64,000 nt of DNA from Eledone cirrhosa (taxonomy: Eukaryota), in the NCBI GenBank assembly GCA_964016885.1, contig OZ024743.1, forward strand, positions 206,336,001 through 206,400,000. Direction: 5' to 3'. The translations under genes and the position numbers were made by a program. Positions 12,101 to 25,400 of this stretch are shown piece after piece. The notes beneath the pieces were generated by a model. That model was not told the DNA's origin. It saw nothing but the letters and a program-made list of their open reading frames with translations, and ran no database searches. Position 1 is the first letter of the stretch; each line of letters opens with the position of its first letter.

Positions 12101-15100
12101 TGGACGCCTAGAAATTACCTCTCCTTGGACAGCTGTAAATTATCTCCCCTTGGACGGCTGGAAATTATCTCGCCTTGGACGGCTGGAAATTATCTCCCCT
12201 TGATTTTGTATACAAATTATCTCCCCCTGATTTTTTTTTACAAATTATCTGCCCCTGATTATTTATTTTACAAATTAGCTCCGCCTGATTTTTTTTTTAA
12301 ATTATCTCCCCTTGGACGGCTGGAAATTATCTCCCCTTGGACGGCTGGAAATTATCTCCCCTTGATTTTTTTACAAATTATCTCCCCCAGATTTTTTTTT
12401 TACAAATTATCTCCCCCTGATTTTTTTTACAAATTATCTCCCCCTGTTTTTTTTTACAAATTATTTCACCCTGATTTTTTTACAAATTATCTCCCCCTGA
12501 TTTTTTTTACAAATTTTCTCCGCCTGATTTTTTTAAATATGATCTTCCCTTGGCTGGCGGAAAATCATCTCCCCTTGGACGCCTGGAAATTATCTCCCCT
12601 TGGAAGGATGGAAATTATCTCCCCTTGGACGGCTGGAAATTATCTCCCCTTGCACTGCTGGAAATTATCTCCCCTTGGACGGCTGGAAATTATATGCCCT
12701 TGATTTTGATTTTACAAATTATCTTCCCCTGATTTTTTTTACAAATTATTTCCACCTGATTTTTTAAAAAATTATCTCCCCTTGGAAGGCTGGAAATTAT
12801 CTCCCCTTGGCTGGAAATTATCTCCCCTTGGACGATTAGAAATTATCTCTCTTTGGACGGCTGGAAATTATCTCCCCTTGATTTTTTTTACAAATTATCT
12901 CCCCCTGATTTTTTTTACAAATCTCCCAGTGATTTTTTTAAAAAAATTATCTCCCCTTCGCTGGCTGGAAATTATCTCCCCTTGGACGCTGGAAATTATA
13001 GCCCCTTGGAGGGCTGGAAGTTATCTTCCCTTGGAGGGCTGGAAATTATCTTCCCTTGGACGGCTGGAAATTATCTCCCCTTGATTTTTTTTACAAATTA
13101 TCTCCCCCTGATTTTTTTTTACAAATTATCTCCCCCTGATTTTTTTTTTACCAATTATCTCCTACTGATTTTTTTAAAAATTATTTCCCCTTGGACGGCT
13201 GGAAATTATCTCCCCTTGGACGGCTGGAAATTATCTCCCCTTGGACGGCTAGAAATTACCTCTCCTTGGACGGCTGAAAATTATCTCCCCTTGGACGGCT
13301 GGAAATTATCTCCCCTTGATTTTTTTTACAAATTATCTCCCCCTGATTTTTTTTTACAAATTATCTCCCCCTGATTTTTTTTTACAAATTATCTCCCCCT
13401 GATTTTTTTTTACAAATTATCTCCTGATTTTTTTTACAAATTATCTCCCCTTGGCTGGCTGGAAATTATCTCCCCTTGGAGGCTGGAAATTATCTCCCCT
13501 TGGACGGCTAGAAATTACCTCTCCTTGGACGGCTGGAAATTATCTGCCCTTGGACGGCTGGAAATTATCTCTCCTTGGACGGCTGGAAATTATCTGCCCT
13601 TGGACGGCTGGAAATTATCTCCCCTTGGACGGCTGGAAATTATTTCCCCTTGATTTTTTTTACAAATTATCTCCACCTGATTTTTTTTTACAAATCTCCC
13701 CCTAATTTTAAAAAAAATTATCTCCCCTTCGCTGGCTGGAAATTATCTTCCTTTGGACGGTTGGAAATTATAGCCGCTTGTAGGGCTGGAAATTATCTCC
13801 CCTTGGACGGCTGGGAATTATCTCCCCTTGATTTTTTTACTAATTATCTCACCCTGATTTTTTTTTACAAATTATCTCCGCCTCATTTTTAAAAAAAAAT
13901 TATCTCCCCTTGGCTGGATGGAAATTATCTCCCCTTGGACGGCTGGAAATTATCTCCCATTGATTTCTTCTACAAATTATCTACACCTGATTTTTTTTTT
14001 ACAAATTATCTCTCCCTGATTTTTTTTTACAAATATCTCCCCTTGGCTGGCTGGAAATTATCTCCCGTTGGCTGGCTGGAAATTATCTCCCCTTGGACGG
14101 CTGGAAATTATCTCCCATTGATTTTTTTTACAAATTATCTCCCCTTGGCTGGCTGGAAATTATCTCCCCTTGGCTGGCTGGAAATTATCTCCCCCTGATA
14201 TTTTTTTACAAATTAGCTCCCCCTGATTTTTTTTTACAAATTATCTCCCCCTGATTTTTTTTTTTACAAATTATCTCCGCCTGATTTTTTTAAAATTATC
14301 TCCCCTCTGCTGGATGGAAATTATCTCCCCTTGGACGGCTGGAAATTATCTCCCCTTGGAAGGATGGAAATTATCTCCCCTTGGACGGCTGGAAATTATC
14401 TCCCCTTGGACGGCTAGAAATTACCTCTCCTTGTACGGCTGGAAATTATCTCCCCTTGAACGGCTGGAAATTATCTCCCCTTGGACGGCTGGAAATTATC
14501 TCCCCTTGGACGGCTGGAAATTACCTCTCCTTGGACGGCTGGAAATTATCTCCCCTTGGACGGCTGGAAATTATCTCCCCTTGGACGGCTGGAAATTATT
14601 TCCCCTTGATTTTTTTTACAAATTATCTCCCCCTGATTTTTTTTACAAATCTCCCCCTAATTTAAAAAAAAATTATCTCCCCTTCGCTGGCTGGAAATTA
14701 TCTCCCTTTGGACGGCTTGAAATTATAGCTGCTTGTAGGGCTGGAAATTATCTCCCCTTGGACGGCTGGAAATTACCTTTCCTTCGACGGCTGAAAATTA
14801 TCTCCCCTTGGACGGCTGGAAATTATCTCCCCCTGATTTTTTTTTACAAATTATCTCCGCCTGATTTTTTTTAAAAAATTATCTCCCCTTGGCTGGATGG
14901 AAATTTTCTCCCCTTGGACGGCTGGAAATTATCTCCCCTTTATGTTTTCTACAAATTATCTACCCCTGATTTTTTTTTTACGAATTATCTCTCCCTGATT
15001 TTTTTTACAAATATCTCCCCTTGGCTGGCTGGAAATTATCTCCCCTTGGCTGGCTGGAAATTATCTCCCCTTGGACGGCTGGAAATTATCTCCCCTTGGA

Positions 15101-15540
15101 CGCCTAGAAATCACCTCTACTTGGACAGCTGTAAATTATCTCCCCTTGGACGGCTGGAAATTATCTCGCCTTGGACGGCTGGAAATTATCTCCCCTTGAT
15201 TTTGTATACAAATTATCTCACCCTGATTTTTTTTTACAAATTATCTGCCCCTGATTATTTTTTTACAAATTAGCTCCGCCTGATTTTTTTTTAAAATTAT
15301 CTCCCCTTGGACGGCTGGAAATTATCTCCCCTTGGACGGCTGGAAATTATCTCCCCTTGAACGGCTAGAAATTACCTCTCCTTGGACGGCTGAAAATTAT
15401 CTCCCCTTGGACGGCTGGAAATTATCTCCCCTTGATTTTTTTACAAATTATCTCCCCCTGATTTTTTTTTTACAAATTATCTCCGCCTGATTTTTTTTTA
15501 AAATTATCTCCCCTTGGACGGCTGGAAATTATCTCCCCTT
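3120..15540 (+). repeat. Tandem duplication with 5,683/5,601 bp period (about 2.2 copies)
   Basis: Markers 4471/10154, 5241/10924 and 5813/11496 differ by 5,683. After an 82-bp deletion, 6371/11972, 7181/12782, 7850/13451 and 8713/14314 differ by 5,601. Confidence 0.92.
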
Positions 15541-15954
15541 GGACGGCTGGAAATTATCTCCCTTGATTTTTTTTACAAATTATCTCCCCCTGATTTTTTT
15601 TTTTACAAATTATCTCCCCCTGATTTATTTTACAAATTATCTCCGCCTGATTTTTTTAAATATTATCTTCCCTTGGCTGGCGGGAAATTATCTCCCCTTG
15701 GACGGCTGGAAACTATCTCCCCTTGGACAGCTGGAAATTATCTGCCCTTGATTTTGTCTTTACAAATTATCTCCCCCTGATTTTTTTTACAAATTATCTC
15801 CACCTGATTTTTTAAAAAATTATCTCCTCTTGGACGGCTGGAAATTATCTCCCCTTGGCTGGAAATTATCTCCCCTTGGACGGCTAGAAATTATCTCTCT
15901 TTGGACGGCTGGAAATTATCTCCCTTTGATTTTTTTTACAAATTATCTCCCTCT

Positions 15955-16545
15955 GATTTTTTTTACAAATCTCCCCTTGATTTTTTAAAAAAATTATCTC
16001 CCCTTCGCTGGCTGGAAATTATCTCCCCTTGGACACTGGAAATTATAGACCCTTGGAGGGCTGGAAATTATCTTCCCTTGGACGGCTGGAAATTATCTCC
16101 TTTGATTTTTTTCACAAATTATCTCCCCCTGATTTTTTTTTACAAATTATCTCCGCCTGATTTTTTTTAAAAAATTATCTCCCCTTGGCTGGATGGAAAT
16201 TTTCTCCCCTTGGACGGCTGGAAATTATCTCCCCTTTATGTCTTCTACAAATTATCTGGCCCTGATTTTTTTTACAAATTATCTCTCCCTGATTTTTTTT
16301 ACAAATCTCCCCTTGATTTTTTTAAAAAATTATCTCCCCTTCGCTGGCTGGAAATTATCTCCCCTTGGACACTGGAAATTATAGACCCTTGGAGGGCTGG
16401 AAATTATCTTCCCTTGGACGGCTGGAAATTATCTCCTCTTGATTTTTTTTACAAATTATCTCCCCCTGATTTTTTTTTTCAAATTATCTCCGCCTGATTT
16501 TTTTTTAAAAATTATCTCCCCTTGGCTGGATGGAAATTTTCTCCC
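15955..16545 (+). repeat. Local ~336 bp duplication inside the HOR
   Basis: The GGACACTGG...ATAGACCC...GAGGG module occurs at 16031 and 16367. The same doublet recurs near 25870/26210, 36570/36910 and 58505/58840. Confidence 0.8.
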
Positions 16546-19468
16546 CTTGGCCGGCTGGAAATTATTTCCCCTTGGCTGGAAATTATCTCCCCTTGGACGG
16601 CTAGAAATTATCTCTCTTTGGACGGCTGGAAATTATCTCCCCTTGATTCTTTTTACAAATTATCTCCCCCTGATTTTTTTTACAAATCTCCCAGTGATTT
16701 TTAAAAAAAAATTATCTCCCCTTCGCTGGCTGGAAATTATCTCCCCTTGGACGCTGGAAATTATAGCCCCTTGGAGGCTGGAAATTATCTTCCCTTGGAC
16801 GGCTGGAAATTATCTCCACTTGATTTTTTTTACAAATTATCTCCCCCTGATTTTTTTTTACAAATTATCTCCCCCTGATTTTTTTTTTACAAATTATCTC
16901 CGCCTGATTTTTTTAAAAAAATTATCACCCCTTGGACGGCTGGAAATTATCTCCCCTTGGACGGCTGGAAATGATCTCCACTTGGACGGCTAGAAATTAC
17001 CTCTCCTTGGACGGCTGAAAATTATCTCCCCTTGATTTTTTTTACGAATTATCTCCCCCTGATTTTTTTTTTTACAAATTATCTCCCCCTGATTTTATTT
17101 TACATATTATCTACCCCTGATTTTTTTTACAAATTATCTCCCCCTGATTTTTTTTTTACAAATTATCTGCCCCTGATTTTTTTACAAATTATCTCCCACT
17201 GATTTATTTTACAAATTATCTCCGCCTGATTTTTTTAAATATTATCTTCCCTTGGCTGGCGGGAAATTATCTCCCCTTGGACGGCTGGAAACTATCTCCC
17301 CTTGGACAGCTGGAAATTATCTGCCCTTGATTTTGTTTTTACAAATTATCTCCCCCTGATTTTTTTTACAAATTATCTCCACCTGATTTTTTAAAAAATT
17401 ATCTCCCCTTGGACGGCTGGAAATTATCTCCCCTTGGCTGGAAATTATCTCCCCTTGGACGGCTAGAAATTATCTCTCTTTGGACGGCTGGAAATTATCT
17501 CCCTTTGATTTTTTTTACAAATTATCTCCCTCTGATTTTTTTTACAAATCTCCCCTTGATTTTTTAAAAAAATTATCTCCCCTTTGCTGGCTGGAAATTA
17601 TCTCCCCTTGGACACTGGAAATTATAGACCCTTGGAGGGCTGGAAATTATCTTCCCTTGGACGGCTGGAAATTATCTCCTCTTGATTTTTTTTACAAATT
17701 ATCTCCCCCTGATTTTTTTTTACAAATTATCTCCGCCTGATTTTTTTTTAAAAATTATCTCCCCTTGGCTGGATGGAAATTTTCTCCCCTTGGACGGCTG
17801 GAAATTATCTCCCCTTTATGTCTTCTACAAATTATCTGGCCCTGATTTTTTTTTACAAATTATCTCTCCCTGATTTTTTTTACAAATATCTCCCCTTGGC
17901 TGGCTGGAAATTATCTCCCCTTCGCTGGCTGGAAATTATCTCCCATTGGACGGCTGGAAATTATCTCCCCTTGGACGCCTAGAAATTACCTCTCCTTGGA
18001 CAGCTGTAAATTATCTCCCCTTGGACGGCTGGAAATTATCTCGCCTTGGACGGCTGGAAATTATCTCCCCTTGATTTTGTATACAAATTATCTCCCCCTG
18101 ATTTTTTTTTACAAATTATCTGCCCCTGATTATTTTTTTACAAATTAGCTCCGCCTGATTTTTTTTAAAAATTATCTCCCCTTGGACGGCTGGAAATTAT
18201 CTCCCCTTGGACGGCTGGAAATTATCTCCCCTTGAACGGCTAGAAATTACCTCTCCTTGGACGGCTTAAAATTATCTCCCCTTGGACGGCTGGAAATTAT
18301 CTCCCCTTGATTTTTTTACAAATTATCTCCCCCTGATTTTTTTTTACAAATTATCTCCCCCTGATTTTTTTTTACAAATTATCTACCCCTGATTTTTTTT
18401 CCAAATTATCTCCCCCTGATTTTTTTTTACAAATTATCTCCCCCTGATTTTTTTTTACAAATTATCTCCCCCTGATTTTTTTACAAATTATCTCCCCTTG
18501 GCTGGCTGGAAATTATCTCCCCTTGGAGACTGGAATTTATCTCCCCTTGGACGGCTGGAAATTATCTCCCCTTGGACGGCTAGAAATTACCTCTCCTTGG
18601 ACGGCTGGAAATTATCTCCCCTTGAACGGCTGGAAATTATCTCCCCTTGGACGGCTGGAAATTATCTCCCCTTGGACGGCTGGAAATTACCTCTCCTTGG
18701 ACGGCTGGAAATTATCTCCCCTTGGACGGCTGGAAATTATCTCCCCTTGGACGGCTGGAAATTATTTCCCCTTGATTTTTTTTACAAATTATCTCCCCCT
18801 GATTTATTTTACAAATTATCTCCGCCTGATTTTTTTAAATATTATCTTCCCTTGGCTGGCGGGAAATTATCTCCCCTTGGACGGCTGGAAACTATCTCCC
18901 CTTGGACAGCTGGAAATTATCTGCCCTTGATTTTGTTTTTACAAATTATCTCCCCCTGATTTTTTTTACAAATTATCTCCACCTGATTTTTTAAAAAATT
19001 ATCTCCTCTTGGACGGCTGGAAATTATCTCCCGTTGGCTGCAAATTATCTCCCCTTGGACGGCTAGAAATTACCTCTCTTTGGACGGCTGGAAATTATCT
19101 CCACTTGATTTTTTTTACAAATTATCTCCCCCTGATTTTTTTTACAAATCTCCCAGTGATTTTTAAAAAAAAATTATCTCCCCTTCGCTGGCTGGAAATT
19201 ATCTCCCCTTGGACGCTGGAAATTATAGCCCCTTGGAGGGCTGGAAATTATCTTCCCTTGGACGGCTGGAAATTATCTCCCCTTGATTTTTTTTACATAT
19301 TATCTCCCCCTGATTTTTTTTTACAAATTATCTCCCCGATTTTTTTCTACAAATTATCTCCCCCTGATTTTTTTTTTACAAATTATCTCCGCCTGATTTT
19401 TTAAAAAAAATTATCTCCCCTTGGACGGCTGGAAATTATCTCCCCTTGGACGGCTGGAAATTATCTCC

Positions 19469-22400
19469 CCTAGGACGGCTAGAAATTACCTCTCCTTGGA
19501 CGGCTGAAAATTATCTCCCCTTGGACGGCTGGAAATTATCTCCCCTTGATTTTTTTACAAATTATCTCCCTCTGATTTTTTTTTACAAATTATCTCCCCC
19601 TGATTTTTTTTTACAAATTATCTCCCCCTGATTTTTTTTTACAAATTATCTCCCCCTGATTTTTTTACAAATTATCTCCCCTTGGCTGGCTGGCAATTAT
19701 CTCCCCTTGGAGGCTGGAATTTATCTCCCCTTGGACGGCTGGAAATTATCTCCCCTTGGACGGCTAGAAATTACCTCTCCTTGTACGGCTGGAAATTATC
19801 TCCCCTTGAACGGCTGGAAATTATCTCCCCTTGGACGGCTGGAAATTATCTCCCCTTGGACGGCTGGAAATTACCTCTCCTTGGACGGCTGGAAATTATC
19901 TCCCCTTGGACGGCTGGAAATTATTTCCCCTTGATTTTTTTTACAAATTATCTCCCCCTGATTTTTTTTACAAATCTCCCCCTAATTTAAAAAAAAATTA
20001 TCTCCCCTTCGCTGGCTGGAAATTATCTCCCTTTGGACGGCTTGAAATTATAGCTGCTTGTAGGGCTGGAAATTATCTCCCCTTGGACGGCTGGAAATTA
20101 CCTTTCCTTCGACGGCTGAAAATTATCTCCCCTTGGACGGCTGGAAATTATCTCCTCCTGATTTTTTTTTACAAATTATCTCCGCCTGATTTTTTTTTAA
20201 AAATTATCTCCCCTTGGCTGGATGGAAATTTTCTCCCCTTGGACGGCTGGAAATTATCTCCCCTTTATGTTTTCTACAAATTATCTACCCCTGATTTTTT
20301 TTTTACGAATTATCTCTCCCTGATTTTTTTTACAAATATCTCCCCTTGGCTGGCTGGAAATTATCTCCCCTTGGCTGGCTGGAAATTATCTCCCCTTGGA
20401 CGGCTGGAAATTATCTCCCCTTGGACGCCTAGAAATCACCTCTACTTGGACAGCTGTAAATTATCTCCCCTTGGACGGCTGGAAATTATCTCGCCTTGGA
20501 CGGCTGGAAATTATCTCCCCTTGATTTTGTATACAAATTATCTCCCCCTGATTTTTTTTTACAAATTATCTGCCCCTGATTATTTTTTAAAAATTAGCTC
20601 CGCCTGATTTTTTTTTAAAATTATCTCCCCTTGGACGGCTGGAAATTATCTCCCCTTGGACGGCTGGAAATTATCTCCCCTTGAACGGCTAGAAATTACC
20701 TCTCCTTGGACGGCTGAAAATTATCTCCCCTTGGACGGCTGGAAATTATCTCCCCTTGATTTTTTTACAAATTATCTCCCCCTGATTTTTTTTTTACAAA
20801 TTATCTCCGCCTGATTTTTTTTTAAAATTATCTCCCCTTGGACGGCTGGAAATTATCTCCCCTTGATTTTTTTTTCCAAATTATCTCCCCCTGATTTTTT
20901 TTTTACAAATTATCTACCCCTGATTTTTTTTTCAAATTATCTCCCCCTGATTTTTTTTACAAATTATCTCCCCCTGATTTTTTTTTACAAATTATCTCCC
21001 CCCGATTTTTTTACAAATTATCTCCCCCTGATTTTTTTTACAAATTATCTCCGCCTGATTTTTTTTAATATTATCTTCCCTTGGCTGGCGGGAAATTATC
21101 TCCCCTTGGACGGCTGGAAATTATCTCCCCTTGGAAGGATGGAAATTATCTCCCCTTGGACGGCTGGAAATTATCTCCCCTTGCACTGCTGGAAATTATC
21201 TCCCCTTGGACGGCTGGAATATATCTGCCCTTGATTTTGTTTTTACAAATTATCTTCCCCTGATTTTTTTACAAATTATCTCCACCTGATTTTTAAAAAA
21301 ATTATCTCCCCTTGGACGGCTGGAAATTATCTCCCCTTGGCTGGAAATTATCTCCCCTTGGACGGCTAGAAATTATCTCTCTTTGGACGGCTGGAAATTA
21401 TCTCCCCTTGGACGCTGGAAATTATAGCCCCTTGGAGGGCTGGAAGTTATCTTCCCTTGGAGGGCTGGAAATTATCTTCCCTTGGACGGCTAGAAATTAC
21501 CTCTCCTTGGACGGCTGAAAATTATCTCCCCTTGGACGGCTGGAAATTATCTCCCCTTGATTTTTTTTACAAATTATCTCCCCCTGATTATTTTTTACAA
21601 ATTATCTCCCCCTGATTTTTTTTTTACAAATTATCTCCCCTTGGACGGCTGGAAATTATCTCCCCTTGGACGGCTGGAAATTATCTCCCCTTGGACGGCT
21701 AGAAATTACCTCTCCTTGGACGGCTGAAAATTATCTCTCCTTGGACGGCTGGAAATTATCTCCCCTTTATGTCTTCTACAAATTATCTACCCCTGATTTT
21801 TTTTTACAAATTATCTCTCCCTGATTTTTTTTACAAATATCTCCCCTTGATTGGCTGGAAATTATCTCCCCTTGGCTGGCTGGAAATTATCTCCCCTTGG
21901 ACGGCTGGAAATTATCTCCCCTTGGACGCCTAGAAATTACCTCTCCTTGGACAGCTGTAAATTATCTCCCCTTGGACGGCTGGAAATTATCTCGCCTTGG
22001 ACGGCTGGAAATTATATCCCCTTGATTTTGTATACAAATTATCTCCCCCTGATTTTTTTTTACAAATTATCTGCCCCTGATTATTTTTTTACAAATTAGC
22101 TCCGCCTGATTTTTTTTAAAAATTATCTCCCCTTGGACGGCTGGAAATTATCTCCCCTTGGACGGCTGGAAATTATCTCCCCTTGAACGGCTAGAAATTA
22201 CCTCTCCTTGGACGGCTGAAAATTATCTCTCCTTGGACGGCTGGAAATTATCTCCCCTTGATTTTTTTGCAAATTATCTCCCCCTGATTTTTTTTTACAA
22301 ATTATCTACCCCTGATTTTTTTTTCCAAATTATCTCCCCCTGATTTTTTTTTTACAAATTATCTCCCCCTGATTTTTTTTTACAAATTATCTCCCCCTGA

Positions 22401-25400
22401 TTTTTTTACAAATTATCTCCCCTTGGCTGGCTGGAAATTATCTCCCCTTGGAGGCTGGAATTTATCTCCCCTTGGACGGCTGGAAATTATCTCCCCTTGG
22501 ACGGCTAGAAATTACCTCTCCTTGGACGGCTGGAAATTATCTCCCCTTGAACGGCTGGAAATTATCTCCCCTTGGACGGCTGGAAATTATCTCCCCTTGG
22601 ACGGCTGGAAATTACCTCTCCTTGGACGGCTGGAAATTATCTCCCCTTGGACGGATGGAAATTATCTCCCCTTGGACGGCTGGAAATTATTTCCCCTTGA
22701 TTTTTTTTACAAATTATCTCCCCCTGATTTTTTTTACAAATATCCCCCTAATTTAAAAAAAAATTATCTCCCCTTCGCTGGCTGGAAATTATCTCCCTTT
22801 GGACGGCTGGAAATTATAGCTGCTTGTAGGGCTGGAAATTATCTCCCCTTGGACGGCTGGAAATTATCTCCCCTTCATTTTTTTACTAATTATCTCCCCC
22901 TGATTTTTTTTTACAAATTATCTCCGCCTGATTTTTAAAAAAAAATTATCTCCCCTTGGCTGGATGGTAATTTTCTCCCCTTGGACGGCTGGAAATTATG
23001 TCCCCTTTATGTCTTCTACAAATTATCTACCCCTGATTTTTTTTACAAATATCTACCCTTGGCTGGCTGGAAATTATCTCCCCTTGGACGGCTGGAAATT
23101 ATCTCCCCTTGGACGGCTGGAAATTACCTTTCCTTCGACGGCTGAAAATTATCTCCCCTTGGACGGCTGGAAATTATCTCCCCCTGATTTTTTTTTACAA
23201 ATTATCTCCGCCTGATTTTTTTTTAAAAATTATCTCCCCTTGGCTGGATGGAAATTTTCTCCCCTTGGACGGCTGGAAATTATCTCCCCTTTATGTTTTC
23301 TACAAATTATCTACCCCTGATTTTTTTTTTACGAATTATCTCTCCCTGATTTTTTTTACAAATATCTCCCCTTGGCTGGCTGGAAATTATCTCCCCTTGG
23401 CTGGCTGGAAATTATCTCCCCTTGGACGGCTGGAAATTATCTCCCCTTGGACGCCTAGAAATCACCTCTACTTGGACAGCTGTAAATTATCTCCCCTTGG
23501 ACGGCTGGAAATTATCTCCCCTTGATTTTGTATACAAATTATCTCCCCCTGATTTTTTTTTACAAATTAACTGCCCCTGATTATTTTTTTACAAATTAGC
23601 TCCGCCTGATTTTTTTTTAAAATTATCTCCCCTTGGACGGCTGGAAATTATCTCCCCTTGGACGGCTGGAAATTATCTCCCCTTGAACGGCTAGAAATTA
23701 CCTCTCCTTGGACGGCTGAAAATTATCTCCCCTTGGACGGCTGGAAATTATCTCCCCTTGATTTTTTTACAAATTATCTCCCCCTGATTTTTTTTTTACA
23801 AATTATCTCCGCCTGATTTTTTTTTAAAATTATCTCCCCTTGGACGGCTGGAAATTATCTCCCCTTGGACGGCTGGAAATTATCTCCCCTTGATTTTTTT
23901 TTCCAAATTATCTCCCCCTGATTTTTTTTTTACAAATTATCTACCCCTGATTTTTTTTTCAAATTATCTCCCCCTGATTTTTTTACAAATTATCTCCCCC
24001 TGATTTTTTTTACAAATTATCTCCGCCTGATTTTTTTAAATATTATCTTCCCTTGGCTGGCGGGAAATTATCTCCCCTTGGACGGCTGGAAATTATCTCC
24101 CCTTGGAAGGATGGAAATTATCTCCCCTTGGACGGCTGGAAATTATCTCCCCTTGCACTGCTGGAAATTATCTCCCCTTGGACGGCTGGAATATATCTGC
24201 CCTTGATTTTGTTTTTACAAATTATCTTCCCCTGATTTTTTTACAAATTATCTCCACCTGATTTTTTTTTACAAATTATCTCCCCCTGATTTTTTTTTAC
24301 AAATTATCTCCCCCTGATTTTTTTACAAATTATCTCCCCTTGGCTGGCTGGCAATTATCTCCCCTTGGAGGCTGGAATTTATCTCCCCTTGGACGGCTGG
24401 AAATTATCTCCCCTTGGACGGCTAGAAATTACCTCTCCTTGTACGGCTGGAAATTATCTCCCCTTGAACGGCTGGAAATTATCTCCCCTTGGACGGCTGG
24501 AAATTATCTCCCCTTGGACGGCTGGAAATTACCTCTCCTTGGACGGCTGGAAATTATCTCCCCTTGGACGGCTGGAAATTATCTCCCCTTGGACGGCTGG
24601 AAATTATTTCCCCTTGATTTTTTTTACAAATTATCTCCCCCTGATTTTTTTTACAAATTATCTCCGCCTGATTTTTTAAAATATTATCTTCCCTTGGCTG
24701 GCGGGAAATTATCTCCCCTTGGACGCCTGGAAATTATCTTCCCTTGGAAGGATGGAAATTATCTCCCCTTGGACGGCTGGAAATTATCTCCCCTTGCACT
24801 GCTGGAAATTATCTCCCCTTGGACGGCTGGAAATTATCTGCCCTTGATTTTGTTTTTACAAATTATCTTCCCCTGATTTTTTTTACAAATTATCTCCACC
24901 TGATTTTTAAAAAAATTATCTCCCCTTGGCTGGAAATTTTCTCCCCTTGGACGATTAGAAATTATCTCTCTTTGGACGGCTGGAAATTATCTCCCCTTGA
25001 TTTTTTTTACAAATTATCTCCCCCTGATTTTTTTTACAAATCTCCCAGTGATTTTTTAAAAAAAATTATCTCCCCTTCGCTGGCTGGAAATTATCTCCCC
25101 TTGGACGCTGGAAATTATAGCCCCTTGGAAGGCTGGAAGTTATCTTCCCTTGGAGGGCTGGAAATTATCTTCCCTTGGACGGCTGGAAATTATCTCCCCT
25201 TGATTTTTTTTACAAATTATCTCCCCCTGATTTTTTTTTACAAATTATCTCCCCCTGATTTTTTTTTACAAATTATCTCCTGATTTTTTTTACAAATTAT
25301 CTCCCCTTGGCTGGCTGGAAATTATCTCCCCTTGGAGGCTGGAATTTATCTCCCCTTGGACGGCTAGAAATTACCTCTCCTTGGACGGCTGAAAATTATC

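Larger units (their letters stand above)
2835..19468 (+). repeat. HOR copy 1 (16,634 bp): ~11.03 kb unit expanded by an internal ~5.6 kb duplication
   Basis: Delimited by the rare CCTAGG variant at 2835 and 19469. Other markers give the same offset (846/17480, 1864/18498, 2375/19009, 3048/19682). 16,634 - 5,601 = 11,033. Confidence 0.9.
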